Shown here: one piece after another, positions 22,174 through 33,700 of the stretch | Position numbering within the stretch: the first letter of the stretch is position 1 | Layout: each line of letters begins with the position of its first letter | Source: Campylobacteraceae bacterium | Lineage (GTDB): Bacteria > Campylobacterota > Campylobacteria > Campylobacterales > Campylobacteraceae | Direction of reading: 5' to 3' | DNA length: 64,000 nt | Assembly: GCA_031270285.1 (NCBI GenBank) | Contig: JAISXY010000041.1 | Span: forward strand, 3,977-67,976 | The notes under the pieces: model-generated | Databases searched by the model: none | What the model saw: the letters and a program-made list of their open reading frames with translations, nothing else | Told to the model about the DNA's origin: nothing | Made by a program: the position numbers and the translations under genes

Positions 22174-22824
22174 TTATTCAAACCACTTACGGTACCAAGG
22201 GGTTGTCGGATTGATAATCTCGCCCTCTTTTTCGTAAGTTTTGTCGCTTTGCTCCTTATAAAATTCCACTGCATCGTTTTTGTTGAGTTTTTTATATAAA
22301 GCTGCGGCATTTTCGCTCATGAGATTTGCGCCAAGCTCCATTTGTACAAGCATTGTTTTTACCATAGGAATATAAGGCGAATTTGGATATGTCTTTACAA
22401 ACTGTTTTATGTCTTTTATCGTCGTAAGTATAAGCTGCTGATTTCTGTTCGGAAGCGAAAAAGATGCGTAATAAGCCGTGATCTTAAGATATCTTGCGTA
22501 TTCGTTTCTCATGCTGCTGCCGAACTTTTTGATATATTCGTCCAAATATTTATTAGCCTCTACATATTTCTCTTCATCTATATTAGCTTGTGTCAGTATC
22601 AAAAGCGCTTCACTGATGAGCGGCGAGGCTACATGTTCGCTTGAAAGCGATATGTAAAGCGAATCGGCTTTTTCCAAATCGCTCATGATAATAGCCTTTA
22701 TGATTTCATTATACCAGTATTCGGCACTTTTGTTGTATTCAAGCACAGGATCTTTACTTGCACACCCTGCAAACAAAATAAACGCCGCAACAAAGATAAA
22801 AAGCTTTCGCCTCATAAAACTCAT
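22174..22824 (-). CDS. bamD: Outer-membrane protein assembly factor BamD (TPR lipoprotein), probable
   Basis: Lipobox FAGC follows MSFMRRKLFIFVAAFIL. The body is TPR-like. The start was chosen at the internal Met (22824 or 22815). Confidence 0.65.
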   Translation of the reverse strand: MSFMRRKLFIFVAAFILFAGCASKDPVLEYNKSAEYWYNEIIKAIIMSDLEKADSLYISLSSEHVASPLISEALLILTQANIDEEKYVEANKYLDEYIKKFGSSMRNEYARYLKITAYYASFSLPNRNQQLILTTIKDIKQFVKTYPNSPYIPMVKTMLVQMELGANLMSENAAALYKKLNKNDAVEFYKEQSDKTYEKEGEIINPTTPWYRKWFE

Positions 22825-22969
22825 CCCTTTAAATAATTTCGCAATTTTATACAATACATGTAAATAATTAGTCTTTGCCAAATTTTGCAAGACAAATATT
22901 TTATCTCATTATCTGTTATTTTAAGTTTAAAGGATATAATAAACTTTTATTTTTTCTTGAAGGATTAAA

Positions 22970-23710
22970 ATGCTTTTAACGGTATTCGGCAACGGCGTGA
23001 TGGCAAACGCAATGATTTCAAGGCTATTAGAGCAGGATTTTAATATAGAGGTTTTCGGACGCGATGAGAAAAAACTACAGGATTTAAAAGAGCGGTTTCA
23101 TTCGCAAATTACAGTATCAACCTATCAAAACGGCGTAAATATAAACGGTAAAAATATCATCTTATGCGTAAAACCGTATGCTTTAAACGAAGTGGCAAAA
23201 TATTTAAAAGGCGAAGCTTCGGCGCTGTTTTCTGTGCTTGCGGGAACTACTCTTGAACAGTTAAAAGAGAGTATAAAAGCCAAAAAATACATAAGAGCGA
23301 TGCCAAATATCGCGGCTATGTTCGGTAAATCTATGACTACTTTAACAGGCGATAAAGAGGCGCTGAATGAAGCCGTAAAAATTTTTGGCGCAATAGGAAA
23401 AACGCTTTGGGTCGGAAGTGAAAAAGAGCTTGATACGGCTACTATTCTTACCGGCAGCGCTCCCGCATTTTTGGCGCTTGTAGCCGAAAGTCTCATGGAC
23501 GGCGGCGTCAAAGAGGGATTAAAAAGAGATGATGCCGCTTTTTTGGCGCGCGGTTTGTTTGAGGGCTTTAGCGAACTATTGAATAACTATCAGCATCCCT
23601 CTTTAATAAAAGACGCTGTCATGAGTCCTAACGGCGTAACAGCCAAAGGATACGCCACGCTTGAAGATTATAAAGTAAGAAGCGCATTCATGAAGGTGTA
23701 TAAGAGTTAA
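22970..23710 (+). CDS. proC: Pyrroline-5-carboxylate reductase
   Basis: 246 aa with CVKP, the GSAPAF block and a C-terminal SPNGVTAKG motif. Confidence 0.85.
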   Translation: MLLTVFGNGVMANAMISRLLEQDFNIEVFGRDEKKLQDLKERFHSQITVSTYQNGVNINGKNIILCVKPYALNEVAKYLKGEASALFSVLAGTTLEQLKESIKAKKYIRAMPNIAAMFGKSMTTLTGDKEALNEAVKIFGAIGKTLWVGSEKELDTATILTGSAPAFLALVAESLMDGGVKEGLKRDDAAFLARGLFEGFSELLNNYQHPSLIKDAVMSPNGVTAKGYATLEDYKVRSAFMKVYKS

Positions 23711-23824
23711 TATATTTTGTACGGCTCTGCTTCATGACCTCTTTTTTATCAGCGGGTCTGGATCAAAGTCGCATTTATCTTTTGTCCAAGTCGTATATTC
23801 AAATACACAACCTCTTCCGCCATG

Positions 23825-24480
23825 CCCATGCGAGCAAAGACTTTTTGTAAAAAACGATATTTGCGAGGAATACGAGTATCCACCCCCTCTATTGTCATAC
23901 CCTCCCCTTATGTCATACCCGCGTAGGCGGGTATCCAAGAAATCATTTATACCATTCCCGTGTTTTTATGTCATACCTTCCCTCCCTTCATCATACCCGA
24001 GTAATCGGGTATCCAAAACAAGCGAAGCGCTTTTGTCAAAGCAAAATGTTTCCTTGAAAAAGAAACAACAAAAATATTTTTATAGAAAAATGGATTTTTG
24101 ACAAATAGTCGTCTTGAAAAGATGGATTCCCGCCTACGCGGGAATGACATAGAATAAAAAAGAATGACACTCTCTCTCCGTCATACCCGCGCGAGCGTAA
24201 TCGTTTTTGTAAAAAACGATATTTGCGAGGAATGCGGGTATCCAAAAAAAAACAACAAAGCAATGAAAGGTTTTTTGATTTTATGCGCTTTACCTTTTTT
24301 TGAATACATACAAGATTTTTAAAATGCGCTCTTGGATTCCCGCCTACGCGGGAATGACATAAGAGGAGGCGGGAATGACGTAAAAGGGAAAGTGAGAAAT
24401 AACATAAGGGGGAGAGGGAATGACCGAAAATACTGGAAGGATGGAAGGGGTCGCGGGAATGACGTAAAGAGGCGATGACA
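23825..24480. repeat. Mosaic palindromic repeat array B
   Basis: Type-2 cores lie at 23912-23936 and 23991-24014. Type-1 cores lie at 24124-24148 and 24334-24358. An expanded type-2 element lies at 24180-24243. Orphan half-sites gggaatgac(g) occur from 24369 to 24465. Confidence 0.9.
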
Positions 24481-24571
24481 TGTAAAAGTCTGTTTTTATT
24501 TGTTCTGCAAACTACGGTAAAAACGACCGATAATGTTTGTGTCCGATTTTGGACGCTTTATTGTTAAATAC

Positions 24572-26371
24572 TTATTTGTGAGAAAAAGCCGCTATATGAT
24601 ACTGCGCTTTTTGCAAAATATCTGCGTCAAGCCCGAGTGAAAACCACTTAAATTGCACGCCATGCTGCAGTACGCCGCCCAATACATCGCCGCTTTGGCG
24701 GTATTTCAAATCAAGTTCGGCTATATCAAATCCGCTTACGGTTTTAGAAAACTCTTTTAGCCGTTCGTTGTCCGGACAGTTCGTATAAAGATAACAGCAT
24801 CCTTTCAATCCCGTACGGCTGACTCTGCCGCGCAGCTGATGCAGCGTAGAAAGCCCAAGTCGTTCTGCGCCCACTATAACAATAGTAGATAATTTCGGCA
24901 GCGAGATACCAACTTCAACAACTGTAGTCGCAAGTAAAATAGAGCCGTTTTTTGCAAACTCTTCTAATATCTGTTCTTTGTTCTTATCCTTTCCATGCGT
25001 AACAAAAACGCCTTTATAGCGACTTTCCCAAAATGCTCTTCCCTCGTCTATAGACTGATAAACAAGCGCTTCGCTCTCTTCCACAAGCGGATATATAACG
25101 GCTGCTTGCCTGCCTTCGTTTATCTCGTTTTCAATATGAAAAAGCATACGCCCGAAACCTTTTTTATCAATAATAAGCGTGTCTATCTCTTTTTTAAACG
25201 GCATCTCTTTAATAAACGAATAATTAACCAAAGAGGAGTGTATAAGAGTCATTGTGCGCGGAATCGGCGTAGCGCTGAATTGCAAAAAATGCGGATGAGA
25301 TGTGCCTTCGCTTACTATTTTATGTATGGCATCTCTCTGTGCCGTACCAAAACGGTGCTGTTCGTCTATCATGACAAGGCTGCATTGCGGAAGTTCTCTA
25401 TACAAAAGTACATGCGTACCAATAATAAAATCGGCTTTGTTCAACTCTTCATTTATCTTACCGCTTTCAGCTAAAGCGATATTTACAAAAGACGGCAAAA
25501 GCCTTTTCGCCTCATTATATATCTGTGCAGACAAAATTGTCGTAGGCGCCATAAGAATAGATTTTTTTGGATATGCCATCATCACCGCAGCAAATATCAC
25601 AACCGTTTTGCCGCTGCCCACATCGCCTATGATGACGCGTCTGGCGGCGACAGGCTTTGAAAGGTCGCTTTTTATATCCGCTATCGCTTTTATCTGGTCA
25701 TTTGTAAGCGTAAAGGGCAGACTTTTAATAAACTCTTTTTCATCTCCCTGCAATATATCGGTTGCCTTAAAATACTGCTTTTTTTTGCCAAGAGCCTTTA
25801 AAAAAAGATATATTTCGGCAAATTTCAGAGCATACAGCGCATCTTTTAGACTTTTCTCATAACTCTGTCCTGATATGGGATTGTGCAGAGTTATAAGATT
25901 TTTGGCAAGCGGCGCAGGAAGCCCCTCTTCTATTAAACTCGTCTCTTTTAGATACTCATTTATCAAGCGGCGCACTGTTTTTGAGGCAAGTTCGGTTTTA
26001 TATACAGGTAAAATCCTGCCTATTTCGGATATGATTTTCGGCTGTATCAACTGCAATTTACCAAAATTTTTTTGAACCAAAGTCCGTACAAAAAATCTAT
26101 TTCCCGCCTTAAAAGCAAGATAATGAAAATTTTTGGGATTAAATATGATTAACTCCGCCTCTTCGTTCCATGCAAAAGCTGCCGCTCTCAAAAATTTGGG
26201 CGTTCTTTGGAGTTTTATTATGGTAATTTCTACGACATTTAACTCATCAAACTTCGGAAAGTGCGAAATCGTCAAATCATCATATTTGGTTGGAACTAAA
26301 AGCGCAAGCTCTATACATGAACTTACGCCTATTTTTTCAAAATAGTTTTTATCTTTGGGCGGCAGCGTCAT
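24572..26371 (-). CDS. recG: ATP-dependent DNA helicase RecG
   Basis: Contains GDVGSGKTVV (Walker A), DEQHRFG and the QLRGRVSR motif. Confidence 0.9.
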   Translation of the reverse strand: MTLPPKDKNYFEKIGVSSCIELALLVPTKYDDLTISHFPKFDELNVVEITIIKLQRTPKFLRAAAFAWNEEAELIIFNPKNFHYLAFKAGNRFFVRTLVQKNFGKLQLIQPKIISEIGRILPVYKTELASKTVRRLINEYLKETSLIEEGLPAPLAKNLITLHNPISGQSYEKSLKDALYALKFAEIYLFLKALGKKKQYFKATDILQGDEKEFIKSLPFTLTNDQIKAIADIKSDLSKPVAARRVIIGDVGSGKTVVIFAAVMMAYPKKSILMAPTTILSAQIYNEAKRLLPSFVNIALAESGKINEELNKADFIIGTHVLLYRELPQCSLVMIDEQHRFGTAQRDAIHKIVSEGTSHPHFLQFSATPIPRTMTLIHSSLVNYSFIKEMPFKKEIDTLIIDKKGFGRMLFHIENEINEGRQAAVIYPLVEESEALVYQSIDEGRAFWESRYKGVFVTHGKDKNKEQILEEFAKNGSILLATTVVEVGISLPKLSTIVIVGAERLGLSTLHQLRGRVSRTGLKGCCYLYTNCPDNERLKEFSKTVSGFDIAELDLKYRQSGDVLGGVLQHGVQFKWFSLGLDADILQKAQYHIAAFSHK

Positions 26372-27653
26372 TGGTAACGATTGAGATTACGAGTCTGTTT
26401 ATCTCTTGATGATTCTTGATAAACTCGTTCAACTCTTCTATATTCAAATTCTCTATCAATTTCAGCTGCTCTTTGGAGTAGCCGAGTCCAAGCCCCGAAT
26501 AGTACTCGTAAAACGAACGGGACAATCTTTGCGAAAGCGTCTCAACTCTTAAAGGTTCGCTTCCAAGCAGAAATTTTTTCGCCTGTTCCAGCTCCTCTTT
26601 TGTAACGCCGTTATCAGTAAACTCTTGTATAATTTTTTTTACAAGCTCCAGCGCTTCGTTTTGCGTTTCTATCTTTGTCTGTAGATATCCTGTGAAACTG
26701 CTTGAAGTTTTATCGGCGCTCAATCTGGAATATGCCGAATAAGCAAGCCCTTTTTTGACTCTTATCTCTTCCATGAGACGGCTTCCAAAGCCGCTCTCGC
26801 CTAAAATAAACGAGGCAACTTTTGCTTTATAGGCATCTTTATCGCCAAGCTTCATGTAAAACGGCGCTCCAAAATAGATATAAGCCTGTTCGCTTTTTTT
26901 TGTCTGCGCTTCATGTGTTTGAAGCGTAGAAACTTCGTAAAAACCAAGCTCTCTTTTTGTGCCTTTTAGCAGAGGCGAAAGCGTATCTTTTAATATTGTA
27001 TTTACTTCGCTCTCTTTTATATCGCCGCCTATAACTACAATGAGATTTGATAAGTCAAGATGGTTTTTGATAAACTTTTCAATATTTTTCTGATTTATCT
27101 TTTTTATGCTCTCTTTTGTGCCGAGATTTGCCGTTCCAAGCGGCATATTCGGATACATTAAACTTCTTAATTTTAATGACGCTATATAATCAAAATCACT
27201 CTCTTTGCTCAAAATCTCGCCGAGAGTCTGTGTATTGACTTTTTTGTACGCCTCTTTTGAAAGGTTTGGTTTTTCAAGTACGGCTTTTGTCATATTTGCA
27301 CCAAAACCAAACTCTTCTTTTAATGAAGAGAGTTCAAATACAAGCGTTTCTCTGCCTGCGCTCACACTAAAACCTATTGCTCTATTGTCTAACTCTTTTG
27401 CAAATTCGGCAGCATTCTTTTTGCCCGTACCTTCATTCAGCATAGATGCGCTAAAGCGCGCAAGTCCATCTATATCGTTATCTTCTATGCTTCCTGCGGA
27501 TAAAAATACAAGCTGCATGGATACTATCGGCAGACTTTTATCCTCTTCAAATATCACAGGCACTAAAACGCCTTTTACTTCAACATTTATTACGCTTTTG
27601 CCCATTAAAACTCCTTGCATTAATAAAAAAATCAAAAAAAATCCTGTTTTCAT
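26349..27653 (-). CDS. M16 (pitrilysin) family protein, secreted, apparently non-catalytic
   Basis: Signal peptide and M16 fold blocks are present. The position of the HxxEH zinc motif reads GLARFSASMLNEGT, with no His or Glu. Confidence 0.7.
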   Translation of the reverse strand: MKTGFFLIFLLMQGVLMGKSVINVEVKGVLVPVIFEEDKSLPIVSMQLVFLSAGSIEDNDIDGLARFSASMLNEGTGKKNAAEFAKELDNRAIGFSVSAGRETLVFELSSLKEEFGFGANMTKAVLEKPNLSKEAYKKVNTQTLGEILSKESDFDYIASLKLRSLMYPNMPLGTANLGTKESIKKINQKNIEKFIKNHLDLSNLIVVIGGDIKESEVNTILKDTLSPLLKGTKRELGFYEVSTLQTHEAQTKKSEQAYIYFGAPFYMKLGDKDAYKAKVASFILGESGFGSRLMEEIRVKKGLAYSAYSRLSADKTSSSFTGYLQTKIETQNEALELVKKIIQEFTDNGVTKEELEQAKKFLLGSEPLRVETLSQRLSRSFYEYYSGLGLGYSKEQLKLIENLNIEELNEFIKNHQEINRLVISIVTNDAAAQR

Positions 27654-28696
27654 CTGTAAACTTCCAAAATATTATATGCCGTATCTCTTTTGGCAGGTAT
27701 CTCTCCGACATCATGTATAAGCCGTATCATTTCGTCCTGATTCATGCGATTTGACATACCTGCAGCCGCCACAACATTCTCTTCCATCATCGTACTTCCC
27801 AAATCATTCGCTCCAAACAGAAGCGCCAACTGTCCTATATGGCTTCCCTGAGTTACCCATGAGCTTTGGATATTTTTGAAATTATCCAAAAACAGTCTTG
27901 AGAGTGCTAAAAGTTTCAAATACCTGTTAGCGGATTGTTTTCTGATTTCGGGAATTTCGGCTTTGAGAGCAGTATTAAGACTCTGAAAACTCCACATGAT
28001 AAAAGCTCTGAAACCGCCGGTTCTATCCTGCAAATCTCTTATATGTTCCCAATGTTCTATAATATCCTCATCTTTTTCAACAGTGCCGAACATCATTGTT
28101 GCGGTAGATTTCATGCCTATATTATGAGCCGCCTCATGTACCTCTATCCATCTTGCAACATCAAGTTTTTTCGGAGCGATAATATCTCTGACTTTATCGC
28201 TTAAAACTTCAGCGCCCGCACCCGGAATAGAGTACAAACCTTTTGCTTGAAGACGCTTTAACACTTCGCTTATGCTTATTTTAGAGATTTTGGCTATATA
28301 GTCAATCTCTATGGCGGAAAAACCGTGTATGGCAATAGTCGGATAGTTTTTTGTTATCCACTCTACCAAATCTTCATACCACTCTATCTTTAATGTTGGG
28401 TGTACGCCGCCTTGAAAAAGCACTTGCGTACCGCCTATAGCTATCAACTCTTCAATCTTTTTGCCTATCTCTTCAAAACTTAAAATATAAGCGTCTTCAT
28501 CTTTTTTATGTCGGTAAAATGCGCAAAATTTACAATTTACCCAGCAGATATTTGTATAATTAATATTTCTGTCCACAACAAAAGTGGTAATTTTATCTGA
28601 ATGCAGTTCGCGCTTTTTTTCATACGCAAGCCGTCCTATCTCATTTAAAGGAAGTTTTAACAGTTCTAATGCTTCATCTTTTTCTATTCTTCTCAT
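27650..28696 (-). CDS. Radical SAM enzyme of the futalosine menaquinone pathway (MqnC/MqnE family)
   Basis: Contains NYTNICWVNCKFCAF (CxxxCxxC cluster) and a GGTQVLFQGG block. Length is 348 aa. MqnC and MqnE cannot be distinguished by eye. Confidence 0.8.
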   Translation of the reverse strand: MRRIEKDEALELLKLPLNEIGRLAYEKKRELHSDKITTFVVDRNINYTNICWVNCKFCAFYRHKKDEDAYILSFEEIGKKIEELIAIGGTQVLFQGGVHPTLKIEWYEDLVEWITKNYPTIAIHGFSAIEIDYIAKISKISISEVLKRLQAKGLYSIPGAGAEVLSDKVRDIIAPKKLDVARWIEVHEAAHNIGMKSTATMMFGTVEKDEDIIEHWEHIRDLQDRTGGFRAFIMWSFQSLNTALKAEIPEIRKQSANRYLKLLALSRLFLDNFKNIQSSWVTQGSHIGQLALLFGANDLGSTMMEENVVAAAGMSNRMNQDEMIRLIHDVGEIPAKRDTAYNILEVYR

Positions 28697-28856
28697 ATCA
28701 ATTGCCCGTTTATAAAGGTATGATTATACTCTATTCATTGTTAAAACGGTATAATATTTTTTCAAAAGATCAAGGAGAATTTGTGCGTTATTTGCGTTAT
28801 GCGGCGGGCGCTGCCGTTTTTATAGCGGTTGTACTTTTGATTGAATTTTTTATGCA

Positions 28857-29495
28857 GTGGATTTACGGGCTGATAAGGTGAAAAAGTGGATTTTATTGGC
28901 GGGCGCTATTGTTATTGCGTTAGTTATAATCACTAAAACAGACGCAAAAATAGAGATTCCTCAAAATGCCGTGATACTGGCTTTCGGCGATAGTTTGACG
29001 GAAGGTTACGGCGCAAAAGAGGACGAAAGTTATCCTGTGCGGCTGGGTAAAATTTTAAATATGCAAGTCATAAATGCGGGCATAAGCGGCGAAGTTACTC
29101 AAAAAGGAGCGGCAAGACTGCCCTCTTTGCTTGACGAGATAAAGCCCGATATTGTTATCCTCTGTCATGGCGGCAACGATATAATAAGAAAATACGATCT
29201 GCAAAAAACAAAACAAAATTTGGCGTACATGATAAATCTTATCCGAAACAAAAATGCAGTTGTAATACTTGTCGGTGTGCCGAGTTTTAATGGCTTTTTG
29301 ATAGATACAAACGATATTTATGACGAACTTGCCGATGAGTATAATCTTATTTATGAAGATGCCGTTTTGTCGGAAATCATCAAATCCCCCGCTCTTAAAT
29401 ACGACCAGATTCACCCAAATGCCGCAGGATACGGCTTAATGGCAGAGAATTTGGCAAAACTTTTCAATAAATACTTCAATATTGCGGACAGATAG
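28857..29495 (+). CDS. SGNH/GDSL hydrolase (TesA-like arylesterase), exported
   Basis: Contains AFGDSLTEGYG (block I) and GGND (block III), plus a C-terminal DQIHPN. The start is ambiguous (GTG at 28857 or 28878). Confidence 0.8.
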   Translation: MDLRADKVKKWILLAGAIVIALVIITKTDAKIEIPQNAVILAFGDSLTEGYGAKEDESYPVRLGKILNMQVINAGISGEVTQKGAARLPSLLDEIKPDIVILCHGGNDIIRKYDLQKTKQNLAYMINLIRNKNAVVILVGVPSFNGFLIDTNDIYDELADEYNLIYEDAVLSEIIKSPALKYDQIHPNAAGYGLMAENLAKLFNKYFNIADR

Positions 29496-29497
29496 AG

Positions 29498-30688
29498 TTG
29501 GGCAAATATATCAATCTTCTTCGCTCAAATACTCTGTTGCGCAGGCTCTCATGCATACAACTCATCTGTTCTTTCGGCGCATGGTTCTCAAATGTCGCCA
29601 TATACAGTCTGTTGATAGAGTTAAGCTCTCCCGCATGGATTATCTCTACAACCGCCGTTTTAACATTTTTGCCGACAATGATTTTGGCGCCGTTAAGCGG
29701 CGTTTTGATAGACAAACTGCCTACAAAACCGCTCATGATAACGCTTTTTGTCATAGAAATAACAACGGTTTTGCTGTTGCTGCTTATAGATTCGCTTGAT
29801 ATGGTTTGGCTGCTTTTTGCGGTAATATTTTTAAGAATGGGAGCGGGAAGCGCATATTTTCAAACAGAAATGAGTCTGCTGCCATGTTTTTTAAAAGATA
29901 ATGATTTAAAACTTGCAAATGAGATTCACTCTATTATCTGGTCTATATCTTACACGGCGGGCATGGGACTGGCAGGTTTTTTTGTTTATATGTACGGCGT
30001 AAAAAGCGCTTTTATTGCGGATGCTGCGCTGTTTTTGATAGGGCTGGGACTTCTTGCAAATATCAAAATCCCATCTCTTGTCGCACAAAAAAGCGAGCGG
30101 TTGTTTTTTATGCTTAAAGACGGTTTTTTATACCTTAAAAAGAGTCCTAAAATTCTTCATATTATCATACTGCATGCATGCGTTGGCATAGCTTCGTATG
30201 ATGTTATCGTTGCACTTTTGGCAGATAAAGTCTATTATGCGGTGCTGGGTGCGCCTTTAGTTATAGGCTTCATAAATTCGTTTCGCGCCGTAGCTTTAAC
30301 GATTGGTTCGGCGATTTTCAGCCGCTTTGTAACCCGCAAAAGTTTTCATCTGTTCTTTTTTGCGCAAGGGGTTGGCATTATCGTTTGGGCAGCGCTGCAA
30401 TTCAACTTTTATCTCGCATTTATCGGTATATTTTTAGCAGGTCTGTTCTCCTCTACTATCTGGTCTTATACTTATACGATGCTGCAAAACTCTGTCTCAA
30501 AAGGTTATCATGGCAGAATGATAGCTTTTAACGATATGTTTTTGATGGGACTTACTTCATTTATCTCATTTTTAAGCGGATTTTTATACGATGCGGGATT
30601 TAGTTTAAGTATTATAACCGCTCTTTTGGGCGTTTTATTTATAATAGCGGGGATATATTATATGTGGGTAAGAAAAAACTATATGTAA
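29498..30688 (+). CDS. MFS transporter
   Basis: 396 aa with about 12 hydrophobic segments. Confidence 0.75.
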   Translation: MGKYINLLRSNTLLRRLSCIQLICSFGAWFSNVAIYSLLIELSSPAWIISTTAVLTFLPTMILAPLSGVLIDKLPTKPLMITLFVIEITTVLLLLLIDSLDMVWLLFAVIFLRMGAGSAYFQTEMSLLPCFLKDNDLKLANEIHSIIWSISYTAGMGLAGFFVYMYGVKSAFIADAALFLIGLGLLANIKIPSLVAQKSERLFFMLKDGFLYLKKSPKILHIIILHACVGIASYDVIVALLADKVYYAVLGAPLVIGFINSFRAVALTIGSAIFSRFVTRKSFHLFFFAQGVGIIVWAALQFNFYLAFIGIFLAGLFSSTIWSYTYTMLQNSVSKGYHGRMIAFNDMFLMGLTSFISFLSGFLYDAGFSLSIITALLGVLFIIAGIYYMWVRKNYM

Positions 30689-30721
30689 CCAACCGCTTCC
30701 ATGAAGCAAAGCGGTCGGTTA
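30687..30721. terminator. Stem-loop between the convergent MFS and OMP genes
   Basis: 13-bp stem with one mismatch, taaccaaccgctt / aagcggtcggtta. No clear T-tract follows. Confidence 0.4.
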
Positions 30722-30726
30722 TCCTG

Positions 30727-33700
30727 TTAATATGTTCCTACGGCGTTTAAGAACCAGCCTCTTGATTTGTAGTCCAATATCCTCAAATCATCGCTGAAGT
30801 CTGTAAAGTTATACCCGATACCAAGTCTGAAGTTTTTAGTGATATCTTTGTCTATACCTATCATGTATCCCTCTTTGGTACCTCCGTCTTTTATGTCAAG
30901 CACTCTGTACTCAACAAGGGTATGCCAATCATAAAGAAGGTCGTATCTGACTTGTCCTGCATAAAAAGTGGTTCTGGAGTCAAACCAATCTCCTAACCCT
31001 TCATACTTTATCTCTCCGAATCGTTGAGCATATTTTAGAGCAAATTCCCATTTGGCGTCATATTTATAAACACCTTCAAATGAGATGATTTGACTTTTTT
31101 GATCATATTCGCTGTTATATCCGTCATAAGTTATCTGTCCTGAAGGAGCAATATCGTAAAGATAGGTATATCTTCCGAACAGCGCAAATGAAGAAGAGTC
31201 AAACGGTCTGTATGCAAAACCTATATTTGCCTCTGTAAACTCCGCTCCGTCTTGAGCGTTATTGTTGTCTTTTGTTTCAGAGTAGTTAAATCTTCCCGCA
31301 AGCCTTAAAGACTCATTGAGTTTGTATGAGATTCTGTTTGTAGTCAAAAACTGCTCTCTCTCTTCTGATCCTCTGTCTTGTCTGTACTCTAATTTACTTA
31401 ACCAGTTCATGACGCTTGAAGTTTGACCTATACTAAAGGAGAACGCATCTCTTGTAGTCTCTTCTTGAGTACTGATTGAATTAAGATCTCCTTTTTGGTA
31501 TAAAAATCCCATATTCCAGCCCTCTCCGGGATAAAAATCCATACCTAAAGAGTTAGAGTTTCCTTTGGAGTTGCCGTTTCTGATTAGCTGAGATTCATTA
31601 TAGAGATTTATCTTATTTGTAAGATTCCACTTTTGTCCTACAGTAAAGCCCGTATCGGCTTTAGAGCTGAATATATTGTCGTTTGAATATCCCTCGCCGC
31701 TGTATGTATATCCTGCATAGATAGTGTGGTCTTTATTGAGTTCATGAGAGACGTCAAGATTGAGAGCTTCTCCTCTGTGTCCTGTTGTGTATCGTCCCTC
31801 TAAAGTGGAGCCGTTAAGAATGTATCTTGTGCCTACGACAATTGCGTCATTATTCTCATAAGCGCCTTGATTGTTATTTATCATAAATTGACCTGTAAAG
31901 TACGCTTCAAGATTTGAAGTTATATCATAGTCCGCTCTTACCGCTCCTACTGCTCCATGTATCTTTGAAGTGGCATTATTCTCTATCTCTCTGTAGTCTG
32001 CCTCTACGCTTAAGGTTAATTTCTCATTCGCTTTGTATGCGGTTTTTAAAGCCACTTCCGAATATGCGCTGTCATCACTCTCTCTTTCGCTCCTGCTTGC
32101 TTTGGCATAAACGCTTATATCGTTAGTGATTTCGGCTATAGTTTCAGCACCGTATTCTGTTATACCGCCAAGTGTAAGACTTGAAGCTGTTTGAGAAAAC
32201 TCTTTTTGCGCATCTCTGTACCATCCGCCCAATGTCAATTCATTATTTACAACGCCAAGCTCTTTAAAGTTTATCTTTGCATCAACGGCTATGGCATTAC
32301 CGCTTGTAGCATTGGACGCACTTCCTATATCGGTGAAATGCAAACCTCCGTTGTCAGAGTAGAATATAGAGCCTGCATTTGACTCTGTTCTGGTAATCTC
32401 GCCTCTGATATATGTTCCTTTGCCGAATTGCAGCGTTACATCTCCTCCGGCTATCTGATAATCATCGCTGGAGCTTCCTTTCTGTTCTCTGACATAAGTA
32501 CCGCCTACTGCTATATAATCATTTATCCACTGCTTAACTCTGACGCCTCCCGTCAAAATATCGTCTTCTAAATTTCTTGGCGCATATTCATAATCAACGA
32601 TCAACCTCTGCTCATAGCCGCTTAAAGGAGATGAGATGGTTATAGTATTGACATGTTGATAGATAATCTGAGATAAAGGACGGGATAAAATTACCCTTCC
32701 TTGAATATTATCCACTTCATAATCTATACCGTTTTTTAAATCTATCCTTGCTATCGTATTGCCCGTTATGGTATCGGTTACCTGCAAGAGTATCTTTTCA
32801 GAGCCGGGGAGTATATCCATGTGTTGTAGATAGTATAAGCTGCCGCCTGTTCCTAAAAATTCATTGTGTCCTAAAGCGCTCATGGCTTCCGAACCAAACA
32901 GTTTCACACTTCGTTTAGACTCTCCATAAGGATTTATGTCTATAGAGTTATAGTCAAGCTTTGCTCCGTAAAGAGTTCTTGAATACGAAGCGTACTCTGT
33001 GCCGCTAAATCCCGTATCATAATTACCCCATAGCGCTTCGCTCTTATCCCAGCCGACTTTTGCGTAAAATCTGCCTCGTGTATTTATATCTTTAAACACT
33101 GTAGAATCATCGCCATAGGTTGGATAATACATATCCGGATCTAATGATTCAAACAACTCTGTAGCGTCTGCTTGAGTGAAGCCTGAAAATAACCTATCTA
33201 TATCTCTTTGAGTAGTATCGGCTTGAGCTGTAATATGATATTTGCCGTACAATTTGCCTTTTGCATAGAAAGCCAGTCTGCCCTCTTCAAATACGTCTTC
33301 ATCATCATCAGCTCTCAAAGCGCTGTCGCTTACATCTGATTTTTTTACAGTTATGTCCGCTATAGCTACGCCAAACATATAATAAGGAGATACATCTACG
33401 CTTAAGCGTCCCTGTATATTCTCTTTTCCGATAAGAGCTATATCATAAGTGTGCGTTCCTACAGGCACTATATACTCTGCGGTAAATCTTCTCTCAAAGT
33501 CAATAGGATACTGCTCCGAATTAATTAAAAGAGCGCTCTCTTTGGGAATATTAACGCCTCGTACGATGACTTTTGAACCGTATGTGATGATATTTTGTTT
33601 ATCAATACTGTTTTGACCGAAAGCTTCATTTAACAAATACTGTGCGATAGCGGCTTCATTACTGCTGATCAACACGCCCTGCTCTTTTGAGATATGCTCT

